This document shows positions 1 through 9,180 of a stretch of 64,000 nt of DNA, in pieces. The notes below the pieces were generated by a model. The model was not told the DNA's origin. It was given only the letters and a program-made list of their open reading frames with translations, and ran no database searches. Source of the stretch: Pyrinomonadaceae bacterium. Its GTDB lineage: Bacteria; Acidobacteriota; Blastocatellia; Pyrinomonadales; Pyrinomonadaceae. The position numbers and the translations under genes were made by a program. Every line of letters starts with the position of its first letter. The first letter of the stretch is position 1. Location of the stretch: the NCBI GenBank assembly GCA_046313635.1, contig JBKBYA010000002.1, positions 1-64,000 on the forward strand. Reading direction: 5' to 3'.

Positions 1-77
1 TGCGGGCTGCTCGGCCGACTCTTCTGCGGGCTGCTCGGCCGACTCTTCTGCGGGCTGCTCGGCCGACTCTTCTGCGG
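1..77. repeat. 24-bp tandem repeat (TGCGGGCTGCTCGGCCGACTCTTC, 3 copies plus a partial) encoding AEESAEQP repeats in the S1 tail
   Basis: Exact copies at 1-24, 25-48 and 49-72; may continue beyond the window edge. Confidence 0.9.
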
Positions 78-2004
78 CGGCCTGCTGCTCGTCGGACGCG
101 GCCTGACGAGCGGCCCGGCGCTCCTTTTTGGAGCCGGCGGCCTTTGGCTGGTCGCCCGAGGCGGCCGCGGCAGTGCCGAGCTTGAGGTTTGCGAGCTCGG
201 CGAGGCTGGCCATTCCGCCTTTCGCTTCGCTGGTGTACATCCGAGTGTCGACGACCGGCTCGTCGTCCTTGCCGACGGCACGGTGCGAGAGACCGATCTT
301 CTGGTCCTCGTACTCGATGCGCAGGATCTTAAAGTCCATCTCCTGGCCGACCTGCGTCACGTCGTCAGGCCGCTCGACGCGCTCGTCCGAGAGTTCCGAG
401 ATGTGACAGAGCCCCTCGAGGCCTTCGCCGAGCTCGACAAAAACGCCGAAGCTCGTGAACCGCGTGACCTTGCCGCGGACGGTGTCGCCCGCGCGGTGCG
501 TCGCGATGAATGTCTCCCAGGCGCTCGGCATCAGGTCCTTCATCGACAGCGAGAGCCTCTGGCCGCGCTTGTCGATGTTGGTGACGATGGCGTCGACCTC
601 CTGGTCTTTTTTCAGAAGCTCTTTCGGATGTTTGACCTTCTTTGCCCAAGTGATGTCCGAGACGTGGACGAGGCCGTCGATGCCGTCCTCGAGCTCGACG
701 AAGGCGCCGAAATCCGTAAGGTTCCTGACCTTGCCGCGGACCTTGGTGCCGACCGGATACTTGTACTCGACGGTCTCCCAGGGATTGTCGAGAAACTGCT
801 TCATACCGAGGCTGATCCGCTTGTCGACGGTATCGACGCCGAGGACCTGCACGTCGACCTCGTCGCCCTTGTTAAAGAGCTTCTTCGGATTGGGCGCACG
901 CTTGGACCACGAGATCTCTGAGACGTGGACGAGCCCCTCGACGCCCGGCTCGAGCTCGACAAAGACACCGTAGTCGGTGACCGACGTGACCCTGCCCTTA
1001 AGCCGCGAGCCGATGTGATAGACCTCCATCACGGTCGACCAGGGGTCGGGCTGGAGCTGCTTGTAGCCGAGCGAGACCTTTTCTTTTTCGCGGTCGAGCT
1101 TGAGCACCTTGACCTGCACGTGGTCGCCGACCTTGAACTGCTCGGACGGGTGGTGCAGACGACCCCAAGACATATCGGTGACATGCAGCAGGCCGTCGAT
1201 GCCGCCGATATCGACAAAGGCACCGTACTCCGTGAGGTTCTTGATCGTGCCTTCGACGACATGGCCGATGTCAATGTTGGCGAGCGTCTCGGCCTTTTGG
1301 GCGTTGACGGTCTCGTCGGTGATAACCTTGCGCGAGAGAACGACGTTGTTGCGGCGGCGGCTGAACTTGATGATCCGGGCCTCGATATCCTGACCGATGT
1401 ACGAGTCGAGGTTGCGGGCCGGACGTGAGTCGATCTGCGAGCCGGGCAGGAATGCCTCGATGCCGTTCAGGTCGACCTTGAGTCCGCCCTTCGTCTTGTC
1501 GACGATGCGTCCGACGACAGGCAATCCCTCTTTATGAGCCCGCTCGAGCTCGGTCCAGGCCTGACGCGCGACCGCGTCGTGACGCGAAAGCTGCGGCGGA
1601 GCGTCGCCGGTGTGGATCGTGCGAATGACGACCTGCACCTGATCGCCGACCTGCACCGTCGGCTGGCCGTCGGGACCGGTAAAGTCCTCCATCGGCACGA
1701 CGCCTTCGCTCTTGTAGCCAAAGTCGACGAGGACGCCGCGGTCGGAGATGCCGACCACTTTGCCGTCAACGAGCTCGCCGGTATGAAAGATGGTCTGCTC
1801 CTGCTCAAACTGCTGCAGGATCGCGCCGAAATCCATACCGTCGGTCTGATGCTCCTCGCCCTCGCCTGCGTTTTGGTCGACGCTCGGCGTCTCATCCGCG
1901 TGCTGCGTCGTATCGGCGGCCTGATTGATGTTCTCTTGCGGTTCAGCGGCCGCGGAGCTGTTGCTCGGTGCTTCCTCGGCCGGGTTATCTACGTGGTTTG
2001 ACAT
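1..2004 (-). CDS. rpsA: 30S ribosomal protein S1 (3' end runs off the window)
   Basis: Absent from the ORF track because there is no stop in the window. Manual translation from ATG at 2004 gives repeated S1 domains (GVLVDFGYKSEG, YGAFVDIGGIDGLLHVTDMSW, FGVFVELGEGLEGLCHISE) with acidic N- and C-terminal extensions. Confidence 0.95.
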   Translation of the reverse strand, partial: MSNHVDNPAEEAPSNSSAAAEPQENINQAADTTQHADETPSVDQNAGEGEEHQTDGMDFGAILQQFEQEQTIFHTGELVDGKVVGISDRGVLVDFGYKSEGVVPMEDFTGPDGQPTVQVGDQVQVVIRTIHTGDAPPQLSRHDAVARQAWTELERAHKEGLPVVGRIVDKTKGGLKVDLNGIEAFLPGSQIDSRPARNLDSYIGQDIEARIIKFSRRRNNVVLSRKVITDETVNAQKAETLANIDIGHVVEGTIKNLTEYGAFVDIGGIDGLLHVTDMSWGRLHHPSEQFKVGDHVQVKVLKLDREKEKVSLGYKQLQPDPWSTVMEVYHIGSRLKGRVTSVTDYGVFVELEPGVEGLVHVSEISWSKRAPNPKKLFNKGDEVDVQVLGVDTVDKRISLGMKQFLDNPWETVEYKYPVGTKVRGKVRNLTDFGAFVELEDGIDGLVHVSDITWAKKVKHPKELLKKDQEVDAIVTNIDKRGQRLSLSMKDLMPSAWETFIATHRAGDTVRGKVTRFTSFGVFVELGEGLEGLCHISELSDERVERPDDVTQVGQEMDFKILRIEYEDQKIGLSHRAVGKDDEPVVDTRMYTSEAKGGMASLAELANLKLGTAAAASGDQPKAAGSKKERRAARQAASDEQQAAAEESAEQPAEESAEQPAEESAEQPA

Positions 2005-2235
2005 TAAAAACGTTCGAACTTCCTTTGATTTAATTTCCCGGCAGCCTCGCATCACGACCAGATATCGAGCCGCAAAACCCGGGTGGCGATATCATCACGC
2101 CGCGACGGCCGACCGGAGCAAAGCCCCGTGCAGAGGCCCGTCGTCCGCCAAAAAAAGTGGAACTGACAAGCTTATGAGAGGCAAACTGACTCGTGACATT
2201 CTCTGCGCCGAACTCTTGTGACGTGATAAAGCTAA

Positions 2236-2264
2236 AATTTACATTCCACCCCTAGAAGTGTCAA
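2236..2264 (-). promoter_or_regulatory. sigma70-type promoter upstream of rpsA
   Basis: Minus strand TTGACA-17 nt-TAAATT, implying a 5' UTR of about 225 nt. Confidence 0.6.
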
Positions 2265-2316
2265 GGTTTAATCAGGCGAAAATCCTTATAAATCGGATAT
2301 TTGCGAACCGTACGCC

Positions 2317-2352
2317 AAAAATCAGAGCGGCCCCGTCGAACCGGGGCCGCTC
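2317..2352 (-). terminator. Intrinsic terminator after the pilT-like gene
   Basis: GAGCGGCCCCG/CGGGGCCGCTC stem followed by TGATTTTT on the minus strand. Confidence 0.6.
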
Positions 2353-2381
2353 CGCGACGTTGGCTGCCGCAGGGTGACATC

Positions 2382-3539
2382 TCAGTTTGTACGCGAGAGG
2401 AATATTTCCATATTGCTGACCGCGCTTGAGCGCTCCATCTCTTCTTTTGCCATCGCCGAGGTGTTTTGAATACCGGCGAGACGAAGGCGGAATTCGTCCG
2501 GATTGGTCGAGCCTCGCAGAGCCTCGTCGAGCGATATGAGACCCGATGTGTGGAGATAAAAGAGCGACTGGTCAAACGTCTGCATTCCGTACTGGGACGT
2601 ACCGGCCGCGATCGCGTCGCGGACCGAGGCGGTCTTGTCCTCGTGCAGGATATAGTCGCGGATCAGCGGCGTAGAGATGAGCACCTCGACCGCGGGCACA
2701 CGCGACGTGCCGTCGGCCGAGCGCATCAGCCGCTGCGAGACGACGGCCTTGAGCAGTCCGGCGAGCTGGATACGGATCGACTTTTGCTGGTAGGGCGGAA
2801 ATGCCGTAATGATGCGCGTCAGCGTCTCGGCCGCGTCGAGCGTGTGCAGCGTCGACAGTACGAGATGGCCCGTCTCGGCCGCGAGCAGGGCCGTCTCGAT
2901 CGTCTCGAGATCGCGCATTTCGCCGACGAGGATCACGTCCGGATCTTGCCGGAGGCTGCCGCGAAGCGCCTCTGCAAAGTTTCGGGTGTCGACGTCGACC
3001 TCGCGCTGCGTGATAAACGACTGCTTGTCGCGATGCAGAAATTCGATCGGGTCCTCGATGGTGACGATGTGACTGTTTCGAGTGGCGTTGATGTGATCGA
3101 CGATCGCCGCGAGCGTGGTCGATTTGCCGGAGCCGGTCGTGCCCGTGACGAGCACGAGTCCGCGGTGCTCGTCCGCGACGCGACGCAGGACCGGCGGGAG
3201 GCCGAGATCCTCAAAATTTCGGATCTCGTCCGGGATGACGCGGGCGACGATGCCGATCGAGTTGCGCTGCTGAAAGATGTTGACGCGAAATCGCCCAAGC
3301 CCCGAGACCCCGTAGCCGATGTCGACCTCGAAAGCCTCTTTGAAATGCTGCTTCTGACGATTGGACATCATCGAGAAGGCCATCTCGAGCGTCTCGTCCT
3401 GCGTCAGCTTTTGCGAGCCGGAGAGCTGCTGCAGCAGCCCGTTGACGCGGATGACGGGATGCGAGCCGGCCCGCAGATGCAGGTCCGATGCACCAAAATT
3501 CATCGCCATTCGAAGCAGATCGTCGATCTTCGTTGACAT
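2382..3539 (-). CDS. pilT: PilT/PilU-family type IV pilus retraction ATPase
   Basis: ASDLHL, Walker A GTTGSGKST, TIEDPIE, LRQDPDVILVGEMRD, AETGHLVLSTLHT, GMQTFDQSL. Confidence 0.88.
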   Translation of the reverse strand: MSTKIDDLLRMAMNFGASDLHLRAGSHPVIRVNGLLQQLSGSQKLTQDETLEMAFSMMSNRQKQHFKEAFEVDIGYGVSGLGRFRVNIFQQRNSIGIVARVIPDEIRNFEDLGLPPVLRRVADEHRGLVLVTGTTGSGKSTTLAAIVDHINATRNSHIVTIEDPIEFLHRDKQSFITQREVDVDTRNFAEALRGSLRQDPDVILVGEMRDLETIETALLAAETGHLVLSTLHTLDAAETLTRIITAFPPYQQKSIRIQLAGLLKAVVSQRLMRSADGTSRVPAVEVLISTPLIRDYILHEDKTASVRDAIAAGTSQYGMQTFDQSLFYLHTSGLISLDEALRGSTNPDEFRLRLAGIQNTSAMAKEEMERSSAVSNMEIFLSRTN

Positions 3540-3750
3540 ATTTCAGGAAGTTTTGCGGAACAACTAGAAAGGGAGTTCGGCGTCATGGCAGGGTCCGAGA
3601 GACCGGAGACGCCCGATAAAAGTTTAGCTATCGGGCGAGTACGCGGTCAACAGTTTTGTCCGGCCGGTCGGCCCGCGCTTCGGTCAGTTTGAACGACCGA
3701 CCGCGCCGCGCCGTCGCAACCGCGGCTCGATTGATGTAATCTCTCTCGTC

Positions 3751-4278
3751 GTGGTGAAAGAAGATGTGCGGATAAGGCGGCAGATGCTCGCTCACTTTCT
3801 GGCGGCGATCGCGTACCGTACGCAGAAGGCGCTGCGCGGAGCTCCGGAGGGCTTCGCAGCATTCGAGGCCGGCGGCGGCGTGCGTAGCCCGAAAGAACTC
3901 CTTCGTCATATGCGCAGCGTGCTTGGTTACGCGCGGACATTTTTTGCCGGCGGCGAATACCGGCCCGACGCAAAGCCGACGTTTGCCGATGAGATCACGG
4001 CCTTTCACGAGATGCTCGCAAGCCTGAGGTCGTGGGTCGAGAGCGAGGCTCCGCTCTCGGGCACGACCGAGGAGCGTCTGCTGCAGGGGCCGCTTGCCGA
4101 TGCGATGACGCACGCCGGGCAGCTCGCGATGCTGCGGCGCCTGTACGGCGAGCCCGTGCCGTCGGAGAATTTCATCCTCGCCGACATCTCGCCGGCGAAC
4201 GTCTCGGCCGATCAGCCCGAGCCGGTCGCACCGGACGAGTTCTGGCCCGCGCGTCCGCCTTGGGACAGCGGCGAATGA
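3751..4278 (+). CDS. Hypothetical protein, possibly DinB/YfiT-like helical fold
   Basis: Coding-like ORF with LLRHM and THAGQLAMLRR motifs typical of DinB-like proteins; start uncertain. Confidence 0.5.
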   Translation: MVKEDVRIRRQMLAHFLAAIAYRTQKALRGAPEGFAAFEAGGGVRSPKELLRHMRSVLGYARTFFAGGEYRPDAKPTFADEITAFHEMLASLRSWVESEAPLSGTTEERLLQGPLADAMTHAGQLAMLRRLYGEPVPSENFILADISPANVSADQPEPVAPDEFWPARPPWDSGE

Positions 4279-4363
4279 GCTGGCCTCTCACCGGCGAGAC
4301 CGGCCGGGCAGACGAGGCGTCGTTCGACACTGCACGCGTCCGGTCGGTAAACTCTACACTCGA

Positions 4364-5392
4364 ATGAACGATTCCCTCACGATCCTCTCGATCGATCCGA
4401 GATTTGCGATCCCGGGCGGCGAGATCGCCGTGGACTGCCGCGGCTTTGTCGCCGACGGCCGGCCCGACAGCGGCTGTTTTGTCGGCGGCCGACGCTGCCG
4501 GACCGTAGCGGCATCACCCGAGCGCATCCTTGCGATCGTGCCGGACGAGGTCGAGGCAGCGCACACGCACGCTTATCTCAGGTCGGGCGATCGCCGCTCG
4601 GAGCTGGCGGAGATGATCGTCGGCGAGCGACTGCTTGCAGATATGCACATCGTCGCCAACCCGGCGGTCGACCCGAGCGACGGCTCGATAGTTACGACCC
4701 GCTCTGGGAGCCGCGGCTACCAGCTCGAGCACACGCTCTACCGGCTCGAGCCGGACGGCTTTCTTGACGAGATGCCGGCGCAGGTCCTTAATCCGACCGG
4801 CATAGCGTTCGGTCCGGACGGCGAGTTGTACGTTACCAATCGCGCCGAGGGCGAGGTCTGCCGCGTCGTCGGAGGCGAAGAGGTCGTGCCCTACGTTCAA
4901 AATCTCGGCATCGCGACCGGCATCGCCTTTGACGCCGACGGCGTGATGTACGTCGGCGACCGCGCGGGTACGATCTACCGCATTCCTCGGCCGAGCCGCA
5001 TCGAGACGTACGCCGTGCTCGAGCCTTCGGTCGCGGCGTACCATCTTGCCTTTGGGCCCGACGGCCGATTGTTTGTGACCGCTCCCGGCCTTGCGAGCTC
5101 CGACGCGGTTTACGCGATCGACGACGGCGGGCACGCCGAGCGCTACTTCACCGGACTCGGCCGGCCGCAGGGCATCGCCTTTGATTCCGACGGCGATCTG
5201 TACGTCGCCGCCGCGTATCGCGGCCGCCGCGGGATCGTAAGGATCAGCGCCGGCGGTGTCGGCGCAGAGCTGTTTGTCGCGGGAATGAACGTCGTCGGGC
5301 TCTGCTTTGATCGCTCGGGCGACCTCATCGTCGCGACCACAGACTCGCTGTACTCGATACCGGCGGGCGTGCAGGGAAGCCTGCTGAAATGA
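4364..5392 (+). CDS. Beta-propeller protein (SMP-30/gluconolactonase/NHL-like) with an N-terminal IPT-like segment
   Basis: Repeated P.GIAFxxDGxLYV blades. Confidence 0.65.
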   Translation: MNDSLTILSIDPRFAIPGGEIAVDCRGFVADGRPDSGCFVGGRRCRTVAASPERILAIVPDEVEAAHTHAYLRSGDRRSELAEMIVGERLLADMHIVANPAVDPSDGSIVTTRSGSRGYQLEHTLYRLEPDGFLDEMPAQVLNPTGIAFGPDGELYVTNRAEGEVCRVVGGEEVVPYVQNLGIATGIAFDADGVMYVGDRAGTIYRIPRPSRIETYAVLEPSVAAYHLAFGPDGRLFVTAPGLASSDAVYAIDDGGHAERYFTGLGRPQGIAFDSDGDLYVAAAYRGRRGIVRISAGGVGAELFVAGMNVVGLCFDRSGDLIVATTDSLYSIPAGVQGSLLK

Positions 5393-5474
5393 TGCGGGCC
5401 GGAGCGTGACCGCCGGCCGCTGTTCCACGCATTACGAACGCAACCTGCTCTCCCGTTTAACATCGAAACTATCA

Positions 5475-6458
5475 ATGCCGATTCGATTGCCAGCCGTATT
5501 AGCGATCGCGTTGCTGACGCTCGCCTGTTCTTGGCAGACCGGACTGCAGTCCGACGCGCCGGCGATGACGCGCCGTGACGCGACGACGCCCGGGCCCGCA
5601 CGCTTTCGGTCAATGCCTGAAAAGATAGATGCCGTGCTTGATCGCCGGCTCGCCGAGATCGCCTCGCGGGCGCTCGGGCGCGTCGGCATCGGCGCCGTGC
5701 TGGTCGAGACCGGCGACGCCGCGTGGCTCGGCCGCGGCGAGCGCTTTGCGACGCAGAGCGTGTACAAGCTCCCGATCGCGATGGCCGCGCTCACGCTCGT
5801 CGACGGCGGCGGCGTCCGCATCGATCAAGAGATACTGATCACGCCGAAGGACCACGTCCGCCGCGGATTTCACAGCCCGATCCGGAATCTATACGCCGAA
5901 GACGTTCTGCTCCCGCTCGGCGAGATCGTCCGCTATTCGATCTCCGAAAGCGACGGCACGGCAAACGACGTCCTACTCGATCTCGCGGGCGGGCCCGAAA
6001 AGGTTCAGCAGTATCTAGCGAACATCGGCGTGCAGGATTTCATCGTCGCCGACTCGACCAAGTCGATCAGCAAGGATTGGGAGACGCAGTTTCGCAATTG
6101 GGCGACGCCGCAAGCCTCGATCGATCTGCTCCGCGCCCTGTACGAGCGCCGGGCCGGGCTCGGCGAGCAGACGACGATGCTCCTACTGGGCGCGATGACC
6201 GACTCCTCGGTCGGCAGCCGGCGGCTGCGGCGCGGCCTGCCTCGCGGCGCGACGCTCGCGCACAAGACCGGAACGGGCGGCGAAAAGGACGGCGTCACGA
6301 GCGCGACCAACGACGTCGGCATCGTCACGCTGCCCGACGGCCGGCACATTTTGATCGCGGTCTATATCGAGAACTCGACGGCCGACGCGTGGACGCGGAA
6401 TCAGGTCATGAGTGAGATCGCCCGCACGGTCTGCGAGCGTTGGTACGGCAAAGATTGA
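5475..6458 (+). CDS. Class A beta-lactamase-like lipoprotein, copy 1 (Glu166 equivalent missing)
   Basis: Lipobox LTLAC, SVYK (SxxK), SDG, HKTG, NDVGIV; ATG at 5475 chosen as start. Confidence 0.85.
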   Translation: MPIRLPAVLAIALLTLACSWQTGLQSDAPAMTRRDATTPGPARFRSMPEKIDAVLDRRLAEIASRALGRVGIGAVLVETGDAAWLGRGERFATQSVYKLPIAMAALTLVDGGGVRIDQEILITPKDHVRRGFHSPIRNLYAEDVLLPLGEIVRYSISESDGTANDVLLDLAGGPEKVQQYLANIGVQDFIVADSTKSISKDWETQFRNWATPQASIDLLRALYERRAGLGEQTTMLLLGAMTDSSVGSRRLRRGLPRGATLAHKTGTGGEKDGVTSATNDVGIVTLPDGRHILIAVYIENSTADAWTRNQVMSEIARTVCERWYGKD

Positions 6459-6460
6459 CC

Positions 6461-6543
6461 CCGCGTCCTCTGCGAAAAACTCAGCGTCCTCTGCGTTTAT
6501 AATTTCAACGCAGAGGACGCAGAGGGTAACGCAGAGAGCGCGG
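6461..6543. repeat. Inverted hairpin built from 9-bp-type repeats (GCGTCCTCT / AGAGGACGC) between convergent genes
   Basis: GCGTCCTCTGCGTT pairs with AACGCAGAGGACGC, flanked by outer degenerate copies. Confidence 0.8.
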
Positions 6544-6550
6544 AGAGACT

Positions 6551-7519
6551 CTAGTTCTTTTGTGCTTTTAGATCGGCGATCCGCTTTTCGAATGCGGCGG
6601 TGTCGACCTTGTCGGCCTTGCCGCGGGCGATCGCCTTTTCGGCGACGGCGAACGCCTCGTCGCGGCGTCCTGAGGCGAGCAGGATGTTGGTCTTTGCGAC
6701 GTAATTCTGGAAGGTCTCTTTCGCCGCGAGATTGGCATCTGCGACCTTCAGAGCCTGCTCAAACCAGGCCTTGGCCTCGGCATCCATCTTGTTGTCACGC
6801 GCGTAGATCGCCGCCTGGTACGGCGTGCGCCAGTCGTCGGCCTTGGCCGCGGCGATGGCCTCGCGGGCGCGGGCGATGGTCGTCGCCTTGACGTCGGCAA
6901 CCTCGACAGTGAAGGGCACGCGCACCTTTTCCCATCTTATCGTCACCACCGCCGAACTATCGCTCGCCGGATCGATCGAGAACGCGAGGTACTCCTGACT
7001 CTCGGCGACCCACTGCGGCTTTGTCTTGACGCGCAGCGTGTCCTTTGCCGGGTCGTAGTTAAAGCTGCCCCACTGGTTGGCCGTACCGTTAAAGACGACA
7101 GTCCACTCGTCCTTGCCCGGAATCGTGTGAAGGCTGTACGAGCCGGCGGCGAGCTTTTGTCCGTTGATCAAAACGTCGTCGGTGACGGTGAACTGCGTCG
7201 CCTCGTTTGCCCCTGTGCGCCAGATGTGACCGTAGGGCACGATCGGTGCGCCCGCGGGGCGTTCATTCTGATTGTCGAGCGTGGATTCGCCTTTGGCGTC
7301 CTTGGGCCACTCGCCCCAGATCGTACGTCCCTTAACGGCCGGCCGCCCGTAAACGATCGTCACGTCGGTCACGCCGATGCGCTGCATCACGCTCGCCATC
7401 GGGCTGGCCCTTGGAAATCGGATGCCCGTCAACTGCGCCGCCGCCTCCGACGCGCCCATCGAGGCCGCGATCGCCGCGGCCGCAAATGTACTGATCAAAA
7501 ATCGTCTTATCGAGATCAT
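6551..7519 (-). CDS. DUF2911-family secreted protein with helical/TPR-like C-terminus
   Basis: Signal peptide, PRASP, YGRPAVKGR, VPYGHIWRTGANEAT, GSYSLHTIP. Confidence 0.8.
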   Translation of the reverse strand: MISIRRFLISTFAAAAIAASMGASEAAAQLTGIRFPRASPMASVMQRIGVTDVTIVYGRPAVKGRTIWGEWPKDAKGESTLDNQNERPAGAPIVPYGHIWRTGANEATQFTVTDDVLINGQKLAAGSYSLHTIPGKDEWTVVFNGTANQWGSFNYDPAKDTLRVKTKPQWVAESQEYLAFSIDPASDSSAVVTIRWEKVRVPFTVEVADVKATTIARAREAIAAAKADDWRTPYQAAIYARDNKMDAEAKAWFEQALKVADANLAAKETFQNYVAKTNILLASGRRDEAFAVAEKAIARGKADKVDTAAFEKRIADLKAQKN

Positions 7520-7693
7520 TGCAATTCTCCTTATCGCTGTCGGGTTGAAGCTGGTCAATTCTGCCCGAGGCCCGCCGGACGCGCAAAAGCCGCAGCCGCG
7601 GCGTCGGACCGTTCACCGTTTTGTTCAACAGATACGCTCGCTCGTGCCGTGTGGTTTCAGCGGCCGCCGCGCGTGCTAACATACGGCTCGTTA

Positions 7694-8674
7694 ATGCGCG
7701 GACCATTGCTCATACTCACGGCGGCGATATGTGCCGCATTTGCGGCTTGCTCGACCGTCGGCGAGATTCCGACCGAGTTTCCCACGCCCGAGCTGCCGGC
7801 GGCGGCGACGCCCGTGCCAAAGCTTGAACTCAAACGCGACGCCGAACTCGAACGAGCGTTAGAAGCGATCGCCCGCGATGCAAAGGGCCGCGTCGGCGCG
7901 GCGGCCGTCGTCCTCGAGACCGGCGAAGCGGCGCTGCTCAATGCCGATCAGCGCTTCGCGATGCAGAGCGTTTACAAGCTGCCGATCGCGATGGCCGTTA
8001 TGGACCAGGTGCGGCTCGGCGAGGTCGGCCTGGACGAGAAGATCGCCGTTACACGAGACGACTTTGTCCGAGCAGGTCAGGCCAGCGCTCTGCGCGATAG
8101 ATATCCGGCGGGCGGCGAATTCACCATCCGCGAACTGATCCGCCTGTCGCTTGTCGAATCCGACGGTACGGCGTCGGACGTCCTGCTCCGCGTGCTCGGC
8201 GGCGCCGACAAGGTGCAGTCGTACCTCTTGCAGATCGGCATCAACGATATGCGCGTCGTCAACACCGAAAAAGAGATCGGCCGCGATTGGAAAACGCAAT
8301 TCGAAAACTGGTCGACGCCGCTCGCCGCCGTCGAGCTTTTGCGTGCCGTCGACCGCGGCGATGCGAATGAGGTGGACGATCATCTCGACGACAACGGGCG
8401 CACAATTTACCAATTCATGATCGACTCGGTCACCGGCCCGCGCCGTTTGAAAGGCCTGCTGCCGAAAGGCGCCGTCGTCGCCCACAAGACCGGCACCGGC
8501 GGCACGCGCAGCGGCGTCAACTCCGCCACCAACGACATCGGCCTCGTCACGCTGCCAAACGGCAACCACCTCGCCATCGCCGTCTTCGTCGCCGACTCGC
8601 CCGCGGACGAGAAGACCCGCGAAGCCGTCATCGCCCGCATCGCCCGAGCCGCCTGGGACCGCTTCATAAATTAA
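7694..8674 (+). CDS. Class A beta-lactamase (subclass A2-like) lipoprotein, copy 2
   Basis: Lipobox FAAC, FAMQSVYK, SDG, NTEKE (E166), HKTG. The ORF-track start at 7127 overlaps the opposite-strand gene, so ATG 7694 was used. Confidence 0.88.
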   Translation: MRGPLLILTAAICAAFAACSTVGEIPTEFPTPELPAAATPVPKLELKRDAELERALEAIARDAKGRVGAAAVVLETGEAALLNADQRFAMQSVYKLPIAMAVMDQVRLGEVGLDEKIAVTRDDFVRAGQASALRDRYPAGGEFTIRELIRLSLVESDGTASDVLLRVLGGADKVQSYLLQIGINDMRVVNTEKEIGRDWKTQFENWSTPLAAVELLRAVDRGDANEVDDHLDDNGRTIYQFMIDSVTGPRRLKGLLPKGAVVAHKTGTGGTRSGVNSATNDIGLVTLPNGNHLAIAVFVADSPADEKTREAVIARIARAAWDRFIN

Positions 8675-9118
8675 AACGGATCGGGCGCGGGCCGGCAGCT
8701 CGCCCGGCCGCCGATGATCTCCTCCAACATATCCGCATCGTTCACGCCCGAGTTCGCGGCTTCAAACATAACCGTGCGCACCGCCATCACAGTGCTCGGC
8801 GGTTTCGGCACGTGGGCGAGATCATTCTCGGCCTTGGCCGGCATCGTGCCGGTCTCAAGCGCGGTCAGGCTCCGGCGCGCCGGCCAATGCAGAGCGCTCT
8901 GCGGATCGGCGACGGCCGAGGCCCGGCGGGTGACTCAAGAAAAAAAACAAAAACCCGAGACCTCGATCGCCGAGGAGCAGCGACCGGTCGGTGTGTGCAG
9001 GAACTTCGGGCGAGGTTAGCCGAAATATTAGCCGGAAAGGTTTTGGTCGGCAAGCGACGCGGCCGCATCGGGTAAGATCATCAACGGTCGACCGGATCGG
9101 TCGAACCAAAGCAATCGT

Positions 9119-9152
9119 AAAAAGAGACCGCCATTTCGGGCGGCCTCTTTTT
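9119..9152. terminator. Bidirectional intrinsic terminator downstream of the EF-G paralog
   Basis: AAAAAGAGACCGCC-loop-GGCGGCCTCTTTTT. Confidence 0.75.
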
Positions 9153-9180
9153 GTCTTGAATGAGCAGTGATCGCAGCCGG

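Noticed and set aside
283..2001. Long plus-strand ORFs over rpsA, and similar antisense ORFs elsewhere (2466-3536, 23859-26645, 39355-40662, 51262-52443)
   Set aside because: Shadow frames opposite well-supported genes in GC-rich DNA, with no recognisable motifs.
8675..9118. Possible small gene or remnant between bla copy 2 and the EF-G terminator
   Set aside because: Several short overlapping frames, none with a recognisable motif or convincing start.
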